From: an uncultured delta proteobacterium
Lineage (GTDB): Bacteria > Desulfobacterota > BSN033 > UBA1163
Assembly: GCA_963708295.1 (NCBI GenBank)
Contig: CAVPSJ010000004.1
Coordinates: 384,001 to 448,000 of the forward strand
Reading direction: 5' to 3'
Length of the DNA: 64,000 nt
The notes under the pieces: model-generated
What the model saw: only the letters and a program-made list of their open reading frames with translations
The model's database searches: none
What the model was told of the DNA's origin: nothing
In this document: piece after piece, positions 50,469-60,956 of the stretch
Layout of the letters: every line of letters begins with the position of its first letter
Position numbering within the stretch: the first letter of the stretch is position 1
Program-made: the position numbers and the translations under genes

Positions 50469-50727
50469 ATTTAGTCAAAGGAGTGGAATGAGTTAAAGTA
50501 GGAAATGAGGGAAACCCCCTACATCATAGCCCATTTATCTTATTAAAAATACTATAATATCCTCCACCTGTCAATTTTGTATCAGCCCGGCGTCAGCGGA
50601 GATGAGAAGCCGTGGCAGGAATGGGCAAATAGGAATGACAACGTCGGCAGATAGGAATTTATCATTGACAGAGAAAAATCAGCTTGCTACATTTTTTAAG
50701 TCACCTCTTCTATGAAGACGAGTCTAA

Positions 50728-51633
50728 ATGAACCTGGTGAATCGGCTTATACTATCGTTCATCCAGCTTCTTCCGAAACTTCTGGTGAAGCGGTTTGCCA
50801 TGCGCTACATCGCGGGAGAAGGACTCGATGACGCCGTCCGTGTTGTAAAAAGCATCCATTCGAAACAGATGATGGCAACGATGGATGTCTTGGGCGAAAA
50901 TGTCTCGACACGGGAAGAATCCCTGGGGGCCGTCAGGGAGTGTGAAGTAGTTCTCCATTCGATCAATAGTTATCATCTCGACGCAAATCTCTCGATTAAG
51001 TTGACTCAATTCGGGCTCAAGATCGACCAGGAATTCTGCCATTCAAATGTCAAGCGTTTGCTCGAGATCGCCTCGGGGTACGGTAACTTTGTAAGGATCG
51101 ATATGGAAGACTCAACGACGACAAACCAAACCTTGGAATTGTACGGAAGGCTGCGCTCCGAGGGGTTTCAAAACGTAGGACTGGTCATCCAGGCAAACAT
51201 GCGGCGAAGTGAGGAGGATGTCCGGAGACTTGTCTCAATGAAGGCAAATATTAGGCTTTGCAAAGGGGCTTACGTCGAGCCGGAAGCGATCGCTTTGAAA
51301 GGAAAAGAGGAAATCCGTCTGAATTATCTAAAGCTCTTGAAAATCCTTCTCCGAGCAAAGTGCTATGTCGGCATCGCAACCCATGACGATTTCCTGATCA
51401 GCGAGGCCTATCAAGCAATTCAGGAGTTGAATCTCGAAAAATCCGCCTATGAATTTCAGATGCTGCACGGCGTGAGGATGAAACTCCGAAACAAGATCGT
51501 CGCGGACGGGCACCGGCTACGTGTCTACGTTCCCTTTGGGCGATGCTGGTATGCCTACTCCATTCGGCGATTCAAGGAAAATCCTCAGATGGTTCGCTAT
51601 ATCATCCAGGCCTTCTTTTTTCCGGGAGAGTAA
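50728..51633 (+). CDS. Monofunctional proline dehydrogenase
   Basis: RYIAGE, SIKLTQFG, VRIDMED, IRLCKGAY, IATHD, EFQMLHG, RVYVPFG. Confidence 0.93.
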   Translation: MNLVNRLILSFIQLLPKLLVKRFAMRYIAGEGLDDAVRVVKSIHSKQMMATMDVLGENVSTREESLGAVRECEVVLHSINSYHLDANLSIKLTQFGLKIDQEFCHSNVKRLLEIASGYGNFVRIDMEDSTTTNQTLELYGRLRSEGFQNVGLVIQANMRRSEEDVRRLVSMKANIRLCKGAYVEPEAIALKGKEEIRLNYLKLLKILLRAKCYVGIATHDDFLISEAYQAIQELNLEKSAYEFQMLHGVRMKLRNKIVADGHRLRVYVPFGRCWYAYSIRRFKENPQMVRYIIQAFFFPGE

Positions 51634-51720
51634 GTTGTGAAGTTTCCCGTCGATACGGCGCCTGCTTCATGAATATCGTTTCAGGAAGACCTGAGACCAG
51701 CATCCCGCGGAAAGGAGATT

Positions 51721-52932
51721 GTGGAGATGAAGCTTTGGCAAGAAATTGAGGCCGCACAGAATCAGATTCAAAAGATCATCCTCCGGACCCCGATGATCTA
51801 TTCAGATACCTTCTCAAAGCTGACCGGGAAAGAAGTCTTTCTGAAACTGGAAAATCTCCAGAAGACGGGCTCTTTCAAAATCAGAGGGGCTTACTATAAA
51901 TTGTCCCAGCTCACCCCTTCGATGAAAAAAAGGGGAGTGGTGGCTGCGTCCGCAGGCAACCACGCTCAAGGGGTTGCACTGGCTTCTTCCATCTTAGGAA
52001 TTCATTCGACCATCGTCATGCCCGAAGGAGTTCCTCTTGCCAAACAGATGGCCACGCAGGCCTATGGCGGAGAGATTATCCTTTTTGGTCAAAATACAGA
52101 TGAGGCGCTCCGTTATGCCAAGAAGCTAACGGGGAGGGGTAAATTCCTTATCCACCCATTTGACGATGAGCAGGTGATCGCCGGCCAGGGGACCATCGGG
52201 CTCGAAATTCTGGAGGAAGTCCCCGGAGTGGAGGCGATCGTCGTTCCCGTCGGAGGCGGAGGGTTGATTTCAGGAATTGCCGCAATTGTAAGAAAAAGAA
52301 AACCCGATGTGAAAATGATCGGCGTTCAGTCGACTCATGCCCCTTCTGCTTATTATTCCCTGAAGAGAAAAAAGATAGTGGAGGTGAAGGCAAAGCCCAC
52401 CCTGGCCGATGGAATTGCTATTCAAAGGGTCGGAGAAATCACCTTCCCGATGATCCAAAAGGGGGTGGATGAAATCGTCACCGTTGAGGAGGATAAGATC
52501 GCCTCAGCGATCCTCTTATTGATGGAGCGAAAACGCATCGTGGCAGAGGGAGCAGGGGCCGCTCCGCTGGCTGCGCTACTGTCGAACCGTTGGAAGACCC
52601 GGTTGAAAAAGATCGTCCTGGTCATCAGCGGAGGCAATATTGATTTTCACCTTCTCGACCGAATCATCGAGAAAGGCCTCGCACAAACAGGAAGGCTCGT
52701 CCGGATGAGTATCCTTCTAAGAGATGTTCCGGGGGCTTTGTCCACGCTCACGGATTTGGTCGCCCAGCATCGTGCCAACATTCTTCATATCATCCACGAG
52801 AGAGCAGCCAAGGAGATCCCCATCGGCTTCTCAAAAGTGATCCTGGTTTTGGAAACGCGCGGGTCAGGCCACATCCGGGAGATTAAGAAAGGGGTCAAAG
52901 CGAAGGGATACTTTGTCCAGATATTAAGCTGA
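51721..52932 (+). CDS. ilvA: Threonine ammonia-lyase with C-terminal ACT domain
   Basis: KLENLQKTGSFKIRGA, SAGNHAQG, VGGGGL, SGGNID. Confidence 0.92.
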   Translation: MEMKLWQEIEAAQNQIQKIILRTPMIYSDTFSKLTGKEVFLKLENLQKTGSFKIRGAYYKLSQLTPSMKKRGVVAASAGNHAQGVALASSILGIHSTIVMPEGVPLAKQMATQAYGGEIILFGQNTDEALRYAKKLTGRGKFLIHPFDDEQVIAGQGTIGLEILEEVPGVEAIVVPVGGGGLISGIAAIVRKRKPDVKMIGVQSTHAPSAYYSLKRKKIVEVKAKPTLADGIAIQRVGEITFPMIQKGVDEIVTVEEDKIASAILLLMERKRIVAEGAGAAPLAALLSNRWKTRLKKIVLVISGGNIDFHLLDRIIEKGLAQTGRLVRMSILLRDVPGALSTLTDLVAQHRANILHIIHERAAKEIPIGFSKVILVLETRGSGHIREIKKGVKAKGYFVQILS

Positions 52933-53029
52933 GAAGGATGAGCAGATGGGTTGGAGCCGTTTCTCTCCTGTTTACAAATGATCTTTTTAAGTGTAGGATG
53001 ATGGTAGATCGAGAATAGAGGAGTGATGC

Positions 53030-53956
53030 ATGCCTGAAGGAGAACATACCCTAGCGGTCTTCATCGATTTTGAGAATCTTGCCCTTGGTTTCAAAGGTAA
53101 GAGGGATAGGCGATTTGAGATTCAGAAGGTTTTAGAGCGCCTGGTGGAGAAAGGGAAGCTGATTGTGAAGAAGGCCTATGCCGACTGGACCGATTATGCC
53201 GAGTATAAAAAGGGTCTTCATGAGGCGGCCATTGAACTGATTGAGATCCCGAAACGCGCGATGACCGGAAAGAATTCGGCAGACATCCGGCTCTGTGTCG
53301 ACGCGATCGATCTCTGTTATTCAAAAGAACATATCGACACCTTTGTCGTTGTTTCGGGCGACAGCGACTTCTCCCCCCTCGTCTCTAAGTTGAAGGAGAA
53401 CGGCAAGCGGGTGATCGGGCTCGGGATGAAAGAATCGAGTTCCAACCTTTTGGTCAATAACTGCGACGAGTTTATCTACTATGAAGACCTGGAACGGCCC
53501 CTGGGCATTCCCCCAAAGATCGAGCAAGATCTTCCTGAGAAGAAGAAAGAGGCCTTTCAACTCCTGGTGGATTCGGTCGTGGCCCTCGTCCGCGAGAATA
53601 AGGAAGTGCTCTGGTCCTCCATGGTAAAAGAGACGATGAAGCGAAAGAAGCCCTCATTCAATGAATCCTATCATGGCTACCGCACCTTCAGTGACCTCCT
53701 GGAAGATGCTGAAAAAGCAGGTATCATTCAGCTCAGAACCGATACCCGGAGCGGGACCTATGTGATCGTCGGCTTCGGGAAGGATCAGAAAAAGGAGGCG
53801 GCAGAAGAAACGAAGGAGCCAAAAGAGCAGAAGGAGCGGAAAGCCTCCAAGCCTCGCTGGCGCTCACGCCCAAGGAAGCCAAGACCGAAGATGCCTTCAC
53901 CTCCCGCTGAGCCTGTTGAGGTTCCTCATGTCTCGGAAACAGAACCGATCGTTTAA
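53030..53956 (+). CDS. NYN domain + OST-HTH/LOTUS protein
   Basis: VFIDFEN, KNSADIRLCVDA, SGDSDFSPL, CDEFIYY, FNESYHGYRTFSDLL. Confidence 0.9.
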   Translation: MPEGEHTLAVFIDFENLALGFKGKRDRRFEIQKVLERLVEKGKLIVKKAYADWTDYAEYKKGLHEAAIELIEIPKRAMTGKNSADIRLCVDAIDLCYSKEHIDTFVVVSGDSDFSPLVSKLKENGKRVIGLGMKESSSNLLVNNCDEFIYYEDLERPLGIPPKIEQDLPEKKKEAFQLLVDSVVALVRENKEVLWSSMVKETMKRKKPSFNESYHGYRTFSDLLEDAEKAGIIQLRTDTRSGTYVIVGFGKDQKKEAAEETKEPKEQKERKASKPRWRSRPRKPRPKMPSPPAEPVEVPHVSETEPIV

Positions 53957-53959
53957 TGT

Positions 53960-55834
53960 ATGAAGTTTTCGCCTAAGCTTCTTTTTTTCGCCCGTCTCCT
54001 TACATTTTTCATATTGACCCCTATCCCCGGTATTTCTTTCTCCCAACAAAACCTCGGCGTTCCCGTGAGAGAGCCCACCGTCTGGGGGGCCTATGTCGGT
54101 CCGGGGAAAACAGGGGCCTTCGATACGATCTACCTCTCCTTCAGTCAGTACAATGCCCCCCTTTTCCTCCTGGCGGTCAATCCGGATACAGGCCAGATGC
54201 GACAATTCAACGGCCCTTTGTCGTCCGAAATGGGTTCCTGGGGATTTACTACCGATCATGAGAACAGGATCTATCTCGGAAGTTACTATAATGCGCACCT
54301 CCTCCGCTTCGATCCAAAAACGGAAAAATGGGAAGATCTTGGGCGCCCCACAGGCGGAAAGGAGTCTTTTATTTGTGCTTTGACCACTGCACCCGATGGA
54401 AAGATCTGGGGGGGGACCTTTCCCTCAGCGATGCTTTTCTCCTATGATCCGAAGACTGGAGTGACTGAAAATTTCGATCGAATGGATCCGGATCAGTTTT
54501 ACTGTTACCCGACTGCAGGCGAAGACGGCTTGATCTACTGTGCCATTCAGTTTGAGAAGATGGACATTGTCGTCTTCGACCCGGAAACGAGGGTCAGGAC
54601 CTCGTTGATTCCGCCAGAAAGCCGAAAACCCGGACGGGTGACGTTGGTCAAGGGAAAAGACGGAAGGGTTTACTCGAAGTTCTCGACTTCTGACGGGTGG
54701 TTTCTGATCGAAGAGGGAAAAAGGCTTGCCGAGACCTCTCCTTCCGGCGTTCCATTCGTCCCCAAAGCCCTCCCCAACGGTCGAGTTTTTTCCCCCGTTG
54801 AAAACAATATTCTCAGAATCGAGAATCCTGTGACCAAGGAGGCAAAGGAGATTTTTCTCCACTATGACGCCGCAGGTTCCTATATCTTTGTGGTCGGAAC
54901 AGGGCCGGACGGCAAAATCTATGGGAGCAGCATGCTTCCTCTTCGCTTATTTGTTTATGATCCAGAGAAAGGCAATTTGACGAATCTCGGGAGAGCATCT
55001 CTTTGGTCCGGGGAGGTCTATTCGTTAGGATCGCTCGATGGAAAGCTCTATCTCTGTTCCTATCCAGGGGCCCGACTATCTGTTTACAATCCAAAAAACC
55101 CTTTACGATTTGGCGAGGGAGAGGATGCCAATCCGAGGGACCTGGGGCCCATGGGAGAAGGACTCTATCGACCCAGAGCGATGATTGCCGGGCCTCATGG
55201 AAAGGTATATATCGGGGGTTACCCCGATTATGGCCTCCTGGGTGGTGCGATCGGAGTTTATGATCCGAAGAAAAATGAAAGAAGAGTCTATCGTCATGTC
55301 ATCCAGAATCAAAGCATTGCCTCTCTCGCCTACATTGAGAAACTCGACCTGATCGCAGGAGGGGGGTCTGTCTTGGGAGGAACCGGGACGCACGCCGTTG
55401 AAAAAGAGGCGAAGCTCATGCTTTGGGATCCAAGGGAGGAAAAAAAGATCTTTGAAATCGCTCCGGTTCCCGGAGCGAAAATAATCCTCTCTCTTGCGGT
55501 GACGGTCGACGGTTTGCTTTATGGAATCACGAACAATGAGAAGGTCTTCGTTCTTGATCCAGAGAAGAAAGAGATCCGTAAGATTTTCGATCTTGGATTC
55601 AAGGAGCCGAGAGAAATCTCTCTCCAGCTTGGACCGGACCTTAGACTTTATGGGCTTGCAGAGGAGGCAGTCTTTTCTATCGATCCCAGAAGCGATCGGG
55701 TATCCCTTGTAACGAAACCTCCTGTCCCCATCCATTCTGGCATGGCGATGCTGGGTCGAAAAATCTATTTTGGGTCGGATGCAAATCTCTGGGAGTTTGA
55801 GATACCCATCGAACCCAGTAACCCGGCGGAGTGA
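53960..55834 (+). CDS. Exported beta-propeller repeat protein
   Basis: Signal peptide; repeated DGKI(W/Y)G..., LF.YDP.(T/K)G units. Confidence 0.75.
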   Translation: MKFSPKLLFFARLLTFFILTPIPGISFSQQNLGVPVREPTVWGAYVGPGKTGAFDTIYLSFSQYNAPLFLLAVNPDTGQMRQFNGPLSSEMGSWGFTTDHENRIYLGSYYNAHLLRFDPKTEKWEDLGRPTGGKESFICALTTAPDGKIWGGTFPSAMLFSYDPKTGVTENFDRMDPDQFYCYPTAGEDGLIYCAIQFEKMDIVVFDPETRVRTSLIPPESRKPGRVTLVKGKDGRVYSKFSTSDGWFLIEEGKRLAETSPSGVPFVPKALPNGRVFSPVENNILRIENPVTKEAKEIFLHYDAAGSYIFVVGTGPDGKIYGSSMLPLRLFVYDPEKGNLTNLGRASLWSGEVYSLGSLDGKLYLCSYPGARLSVYNPKNPLRFGEGEDANPRDLGPMGEGLYRPRAMIAGPHGKVYIGGYPDYGLLGGAIGVYDPKKNERRVYRHVIQNQSIASLAYIEKLDLIAGGGSVLGGTGTHAVEKEAKLMLWDPREEKKIFEIAPVPGAKIILSLAVTVDGLLYGITNNEKVFVLDPEKKEIRKIFDLGFKEPREISLQLGPDLRLYGLAEEAVFSIDPRSDRVSLVTKPPVPIHSGMAMLGRKIYFGSDANLWEFEIPIEPSNPAE

Positions 55835-55879
55835 TCCCTTCCACCGTCCAACCCTCTCCCCCGCGGTTGCCCTGATTTT

Positions 55880-57328
55880 TCAGAAGCGGGGACCGCCGCG
55901 GCCACCATGGCTAAGACCGCTCCCACCGCCCCGCCCTTGCTGGGACCCGCTAAACTCTTCTCCCCCCGTAGAAGATGAACCGGAACGTCCTGCTCCGGCC
56001 TGAGGAGAAGGGCTGAAAGACCGTTGGCTTCCCTGTGAATGAGAACTGAAGGACCGGGTTTGGCCTGCAAAGGGTCTTTGAATATTCATCCCGTTTTGTC
56101 TGCTCGTGCCTTCCAGAGAGCCGAAATTTCTGTTCATCCCTCGAGAGCCATATCCACCGGGGATTCTGCTGATCCCGCGGTCCGTGGCCGGGGGCCTTCT
56201 ATCATTGCCATATCGACCCGTGAAGCCCGAGGGTCTACTTTCTTTATTATGAACCTGCCTCCCTTCATTGCCACGGCCAACGCTCGAGTAGGCAGGGTTT
56301 ATAGGATGAGATCCTCTGCCGGTCATAGGCATGGAAGTGTGGCTCGAACCCGACCGACCATGGCTACGCTCGAAGATTGACCGAGCCCCGCTCCTGGCCT
56401 CTGTAGAGTTAAATCCCCTTACGCGAGGTGCATCCGTGCCTCCGAAATTTCTTTGGGAGTGCCTCCTCGCAGGGTCAACCGCGAAGATCCTTCCGGTTCC
56501 GGGGTCTCTCCTGTGATTGGTGACGACATAGGCATGCCCATTTCTATGAAAGCCTCTATGGAAATCATGGAGAATAAAGAACCCCGGGAAATAAAACCCG
56601 GAGCACCAGAATGGGGTGGGGATCCAGGCGTACATGTAGTAATAATCCCAGGGCGGGGGATAATAGGTAACGACAGGAGGGCCTTCGGCATAGTAATAAT
56701 TATCGATTTCGGAGGGCGTCGTGTATTCAGGGGTTGTCGGGGGTGGGCTTTCACCGTATTCATCCGACCCCTCGGCCCCCTCAGCAACGATCGGTAGTTC
56801 CTGCTCTACCGCGGCCGTCCGCAATGCCCTCAAGGCTTCATTCTTTCCAAGGGCCAATTTTTGGGCGTCCGCTGCTTCGCCGACGGCTTTCTCCAATTCT
56901 CGAATAATGTCAGGCGTCACGGGATAATCGGCAATCCATCCGTTTTGGGGTGTGATACCGACCGAAGCCAGCTTGCTCTCAGCCTCCGCTTCGTTCCCGG
57001 CCTTTCCTATTTTAAGCGCCTCGGCCAACTTGATGGCAAAATCTCCCTCACGGACCAGGGTCTGCGCAACGGGAGGAGCTTGCTTTATGGTCTTCGGTGA
57101 AGGAGTACCAACGATAGCCTTTTCAGGAGGAGCTTGGGAGGGAACGGAGGATCCCGGTCTGGCCGTATTCAGTTCTTCAGCCTGATGGCGATAATCACGA
57201 GGGATTTTGCTATCGTCATCTGCGAAGTTTACCACACCGTTCCTATCAACCCATTTGTAAACCGTCGCCGACGCAGAAGTAACGAAAAAAAGTATGAATA
57301 CGAACAAAACAAAAGGGAGCCTTTTCAT
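55880..57328 (-). CDS. DUF4124-domain exported protein with Gly/Ser/Arg-rich disordered tail
   Basis: Signal peptide, VYKWVDRNGVVNFAD, PPVVTYYPPP, low-complexity C-terminus. Confidence 0.75.
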   Translation of the reverse strand: MKRLPFVLFVFILFFVTSASATVYKWVDRNGVVNFADDDSKIPRDYRHQAEELNTARPGSSVPSQAPPEKAIVGTPSPKTIKQAPPVAQTLVREGDFAIKLAEALKIGKAGNEAEAESKLASVGITPQNGWIADYPVTPDIIRELEKAVGEAADAQKLALGKNEALRALRTAAVEQELPIVAEGAEGSDEYGESPPPTTPEYTTPSEIDNYYYAEGPPVVTYYPPPWDYYYMYAWIPTPFWCSGFYFPGFFILHDFHRGFHRNGHAYVVTNHRRDPGTGRIFAVDPARRHSQRNFGGTDAPRVRGFNSTEARSGARSIFERSHGRSGSSHTSMPMTGRGSHPINPAYSSVGRGNEGRQVHNKESRPSGFTGRYGNDRRPPATDRGISRIPGGYGSRGMNRNFGSLEGTSRQNGMNIQRPFAGQTRSFSSHSQGSQRSFSPSPQAGAGRSGSSSTGGEEFSGSQQGRGGGSGLSHGGRGGPRF

Positions 57329-57509
57329 TTTTTTCTCTCCATTTTGGGCTAAGCATTGATTTCCCAAAACATCCCTTCTACTCATCGATGAACCCATTTG
57401 ATAGGTTCTTATAGATCTTAGACGTACTGACTGGGTCTTTTATTCAAAATTCTTCATCTCTCTCCAAGAAATGGCTGGCTGACAGGGTGTCTTCTACGAA
57501 AGGGGTTGA

Positions 57510-58469
57510 TTACAGGATCATTTTCTTGAATCTTTTCAGTCTTTCTTCCTGTTCTCTGAGCAGATGGTGAGCCTCCTCAAGAGAGATGGGCATAAACCGG
57601 ACTCGATCGCCGGGCTTGAGCTGTGCCACCCTGGGCAAGTCCGTAGAAATAATCGTGGCAATCTTCGTATAACCTCCCGTAACGAGCTCGGTCAAAATAA
57701 TCATGGGTTTTCCATCGCCAGGAACCTGAATCGCACCTGCAATCATGCCCTCTGAGATGATCGATTCCTCCACGTCGGATCGTCTCTCGACCTTGGGTCC
57801 TTCCAATCGAACCCCCATTCGATCGCATTGGGGAGTAACTTGATAGAGTGAGGAACAAAATGTTTGGAATCCCTCCTTGGTGAAGTGGTGATCTTGAGGT
57901 CCTGGAATGACCCGGAGAGCCCGCTCCTTCTCCAAAAAGGAAATCCAATCGATTGGAAACTGAAGACCCAGCTTATTTAGAGAAGAAGAGAGATCAAGCG
58001 AATAAAGAATGTCTCCTTCTTTCAATTTCCTTCCCTCCAGGCCGCCGAATTTCCCTGAAAGATAGGTGGAAGAGCTTTCCATGATTCTCGGGACAACGAA
58101 TCCTCCACTCACAGCCAGATAGGCACGACAGCCCGCCCTTACCTTCTTAAAATGGACCACGTCGCCCTCCACGAGAAGATGGGTTCTCCACATCGCCAAG
58201 GGTTCGCCGTTTAATGTGGGGCAGAGATCTCCGCCTGTGATGGAAATGACGACTTCCTTCAGAGTCATCAATTTCAAACCCATGAGGGTGACCTCGAGGC
58301 CACTCTCTCCTTCCCGGTTCCCCACCAGCAGGTTGCCCGTCCTGAAGGAAAAGGTATCCAGGGCTCCAGAGGGAGGAACTCCAAACTGGCTGAAACCATA
58401 GCGGCCGAGATCCTGAATCGTTGTCAGAACGCCAGGCTCAATAACTTCGAAGGCAGGTATTTGGGCCAT
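57510..58469 (-). CDS. pxpC: 5-oxoprolinase subunit C
   Basis: TTIQDLGR.G, GCRAYLAV.GG, DRMGVRL, GAIQVPGDG, TGGY.KI. Confidence 0.9.
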   Translation of the reverse strand: MAQIPAFEVIEPGVLTTIQDLGRYGFSQFGVPPSGALDTFSFRTGNLLVGNREGESGLEVTLMGLKLMTLKEVVISITGGDLCPTLNGEPLAMWRTHLLVEGDVVHFKKVRAGCRAYLAVSGGFVVPRIMESSSTYLSGKFGGLEGRKLKEGDILYSLDLSSSLNKLGLQFPIDWISFLEKERALRVIPGPQDHHFTKEGFQTFCSSLYQVTPQCDRMGVRLEGPKVERRSDVEESIISEGMIAGAIQVPGDGKPMIILTELVTGGYTKIATIISTDLPRVAQLKPGDRVRFMPISLEEAHHLLREQEERLKRFKKMIL

Positions 58470-58517
58470 TTATCCCAATCTTCCTAGGAGATATCTGGGT
58501 ATCGATTTTCGTAATTG

Positions 58518-58663
58518 GAAATGCCAAATGTCAAAGCTCGCACGAAGTGATGAACCTAAGGTGAATCAATTTCAAATCAAATCCAAAGCTCAAACAACCG
58601 AGAAATCCTAATTGAATTTAGTATTTGACATTTATTTGACATTTGAACTTTGGTCTTTGGAAT
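58518..58663. repeat. Inverted ~7-nt-period intergenic repeat
   Basis: AAATGCC AAATGTC AAAGCTC ... TTTGACA TTTATTTGACA TTTGAAC TTTG. Confidence 0.6.
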
Positions 58664-59363
58664 TAAGGGCCATGCGTAAAGGCCATTCCTTAAATTCTTT
58701 TTCATCGATCGGATAGAATTCAACGAAGTCTCCCATTTGAAGGAGGGCCGGAGGATCTTTCCCGGGATCGAACAGTTCTACCGGGGTTCTGCCGAGAATC
58801 TGCCACCCCCCGGGGCTCTCCATCGAATAAATCCCTGTTTGTCTCTGTGCAATGGCGACGGAGCCCTTAGGAACCCGTAGCCTGGGCGTTTTGAGTCGCG
58901 GGGTCGCCAATGCCTGAGGGAGTTCTCCCATGTAAGGATATCCGGGCATAAAACCAATCATATAGATCAGATAAGAATTGCTGCAATGGAGTTGGATCAC
59001 CTCTTCAGGAGAGATCCGGTGAACCCCTGCCACCCCCTCAAGGTCAGGGCCGTAGACCCCGCCATAGACCACCGGGATACGCGTTAACCTGGGCTCAGGA
59101 AGAGAAATCTGTTGAAGCTTTTCCTCTATTTGGGTCAATCTTCTCCCTAAGCCCTCGAAGGAAAGGATCTCTAGATTGTAAATGATGAGTAAGGACCGGT
59201 AGGTTGGAACTGTTTCGACGATCCCTTCAATGGCCTCCGCCTGGATGGCCAAAGCCATCCTTCTTACCTTCTCATTGATTTCGCGACTGATTCCGTCTCC
59301 GAACTCAAGGAGAAGACCTCGATCGCCCATCAGATAAGAAATCGGCTTAGGATAGAGGCCCAT
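58632..59363 (-). CDS. pxpB: 5-oxoprolinase subunit B
   Basis: IPVVYGG.YGPDL, IGFMPGYPY, GSVAIA, SPGGWQILGRTP. Confidence 0.9.
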   Translation of the reverse strand: MGLYPKPISYLMGDRGLLLEFGDGISREINEKVRRMALAIQAEAIEGIVETVPTYRSLLIIYNLEILSFEGLGRRLTQIEEKLQQISLPEPRLTRIPVVYGGVYGPDLEGVAGVHRISPEEVIQLHCSNSYLIYMIGFMPGYPYMGELPQALATPRLKTPRLRVPKGSVAIAQRQTGIYSMESPGGWQILGRTPVELFDPGKDPPALLQMGDFVEFYPIDEKEFKEWPLRMALNSKDQSSNVK

Positions 59364-59405
59364 AGGATACTTAACGCAGTCACTACCAATAGATTCCGTA
59401 TGGCT

Positions 59406-59560
59406 AAATTCCAAATTACAAATCCCAAATCCCAAAGAAATTCCAAATACCAATTTCAAATGAACGAATCATTTGTTAGGTATTGATTGTATTTCAGATA
59501 AATATTTTCTTGAATTTTGATCATTGGAATTTATTTGTTATTTGGTGCTTGGGATTTGGT
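59406..59560. repeat. Inverted ~7-nt-period intergenic repeat
   Basis: AAATTCC AAATTAC AAATCCC AAATCCC ... TTTGGTGCTTGGGATTTGGT. Confidence 0.65.
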
Positions 59561-59623
59561 GCTGGTCACACCTCGACAAAAAGACCCAATGGCAATATTG
59601 ATGTTCTAAATAACCCTTGTGGC

Positions 59624-60409
59624 TCAAATGAAATTCTTCATCGGTGTGACGGCCACACCCGCGTTCTTCAATTCCTGTCGAATCCTCTTCACCATCTCGA
59701 CGGCAGCAGGATTGTCGCCGTGGACACAGAGCGTATCCGCCTTGAGTTCGATCTCGGCCCCATCCCTTGCGATCACCTTGCCCTCCAGGGCCATTTTCAG
59801 CCCCCTCTTGGCGACGATCTCATGATCGTGGATCACGGCTCCCTTCTCCTTTCGGGAGACCAAGGAGCCATCTTTGTGATAGGCTCGATCTGGAAAGGCT
59901 TCAAAGGCAATACGGATACCATGACGTTTTCCAATATCGAGGAGGGATTCCTGTATTGAAGAGGCGAGGACGACCAGGATGAGATCTCGATCCACGCTCG
60001 CCACGGCTTCTGCCATAGCCTCCCATATCCTGGGATTTACAACCGCCATATTATAGAGGCTTCCGTGAGCCTTCACATGCTGAAGCTTCAGCCCCTGGGA
60101 TTGGGCAAAGGCCATCAGGGCTCCTGTTTGATAGACGACGTAGTCCTGAATCTCCTCAGAGGTGGCATCGACGTTTCTCCGTCCGAATCCCAAGAGATCG
60201 GGAAATCCAGGGTGGGCTCCGACCTCTACGCCATGTTGCTTGGCTAGGGCCACAGTCTTTCGCATCACACCGGGATCGCCAGCGTGGAATCCACAGGCAA
60301 TGTTGGCTGAGGTGATATGCGGGATGACTCCTTCATCGAGCCCCAGCTTGTAGACGCCAAAACTCTCTCCAACATCAGAGTTCATGTCTATCTGGATTTT
60401 TTTTGCCAT
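59624..60409 (-). CDS. pxpA: 5-oxoprolinase subunit A (LamB/YcsF)
   Basis: D.GESFG, SANIACGFHAGDP, GAHPGFPDL.GFGRR, TLCVHGD. Confidence 0.93.
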   Translation of the reverse strand: MAKKIQIDMNSDVGESFGVYKLGLDEGVIPHITSANIACGFHAGDPGVMRKTVALAKQHGVEVGAHPGFPDLLGFGRRNVDATSEEIQDYVVYQTGALMAFAQSQGLKLQHVKAHGSLYNMAVVNPRIWEAMAEAVASVDRDLILVVLASSIQESLLDIGKRHGIRIAFEAFPDRAYHKDGSLVSRKEKGAVIHDHEIVAKRGLKMALEGKVIARDGAEIELKADTLCVHGDNPAAVEMVKRIRQELKNAGVAVTPMKNFI

Positions 60410-60526
60410 TTTCCCCTCCGATGGCTTCAAACGGTGATATCCACAAGAAAAGTCTTGACAAATATTAATTTAAAAGAGATAACTAAATCAATAGTTGAAT
60501 AAGAAAGGAATGGAGGTGGTAAATCG

Positions 60527-60610
60527 ATGGCGTGCGGTACGAAATCGTGCGGAATGAAAAATCCTAAAGCCAAGAAGGCGACGAAGAAGGCAAAACCGAA
60601 GAAGAAGTAA
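60527..60610 (+). CDS. 27-aa Lys-rich peptide with two Cys
   Basis: MACGTKSCGMKNPKAKKATKKAKPKKK; RBS GGAGGT, TTGACA at 60455. Confidence 0.6.
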   Translation: MACGTKSCGMKNPKAKKATKKAKPKKK

Positions 60611-60654
60611 GTGGCGGAATATCCAAAGAGAAGAAAGAAATTTATATTTTTTGC

Positions 60655-60686
60655 TTGACATAGAAACGGATTTTTGGTATCCGTTT
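60655..60686 (+). promoter_or_regulatory. Promoter with overlapping palindrome
   Basis: TTGACA at 60655; AAACGGAT-N7-ATCCGTTT at 60664-60686. Confidence 0.5.
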
Positions 60687-60746
60687 TCGGTATACGAAAT
60701 TTTTACCTGCAATTCCTTGAAGGATGACGAAAGGAGGTGAACGGTA

Positions 60747-60908
60747 ATGAGGAAATGGGTGAGCATCTTTATGTTGTTGGCGGTGTTAGCGGTGTTTTCT
60801 TTCGGGTGTGCGAGCGTTGCAAAAGACGCGAAGATTAAATGCCCCAAGTGCGGTGCTGTCTTCACAGTCGATGAGGGCTTAAAAGAATTTGAGATGAAAG
60901 GCTACTAA
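60747..60908 (+). CDS. 53-aa lipoprotein with CPKC motif
   Basis: MRKWVSIFMLLAVLAVFSFG-CASVAKDAKIKCPKCGAVFTVDEG...; RBS AAGGAGGT. Confidence 0.7.
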   Translation: MRKWVSIFMLLAVLAVFSFGCASVAKDAKIKCPKCGAVFTVDEGLKEFEMKGY

Positions 60909-60956
60909 TCACACCCCGTTCAGGAAGATTAACTGTCCTCTGGAGGAAAGAAAAAG

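Noticed and set aside
60488-60865. 125-aa minus-strand ORF
   Set aside because: Antisense to two small plus-strand ORFs that have clear RBSs and promoters
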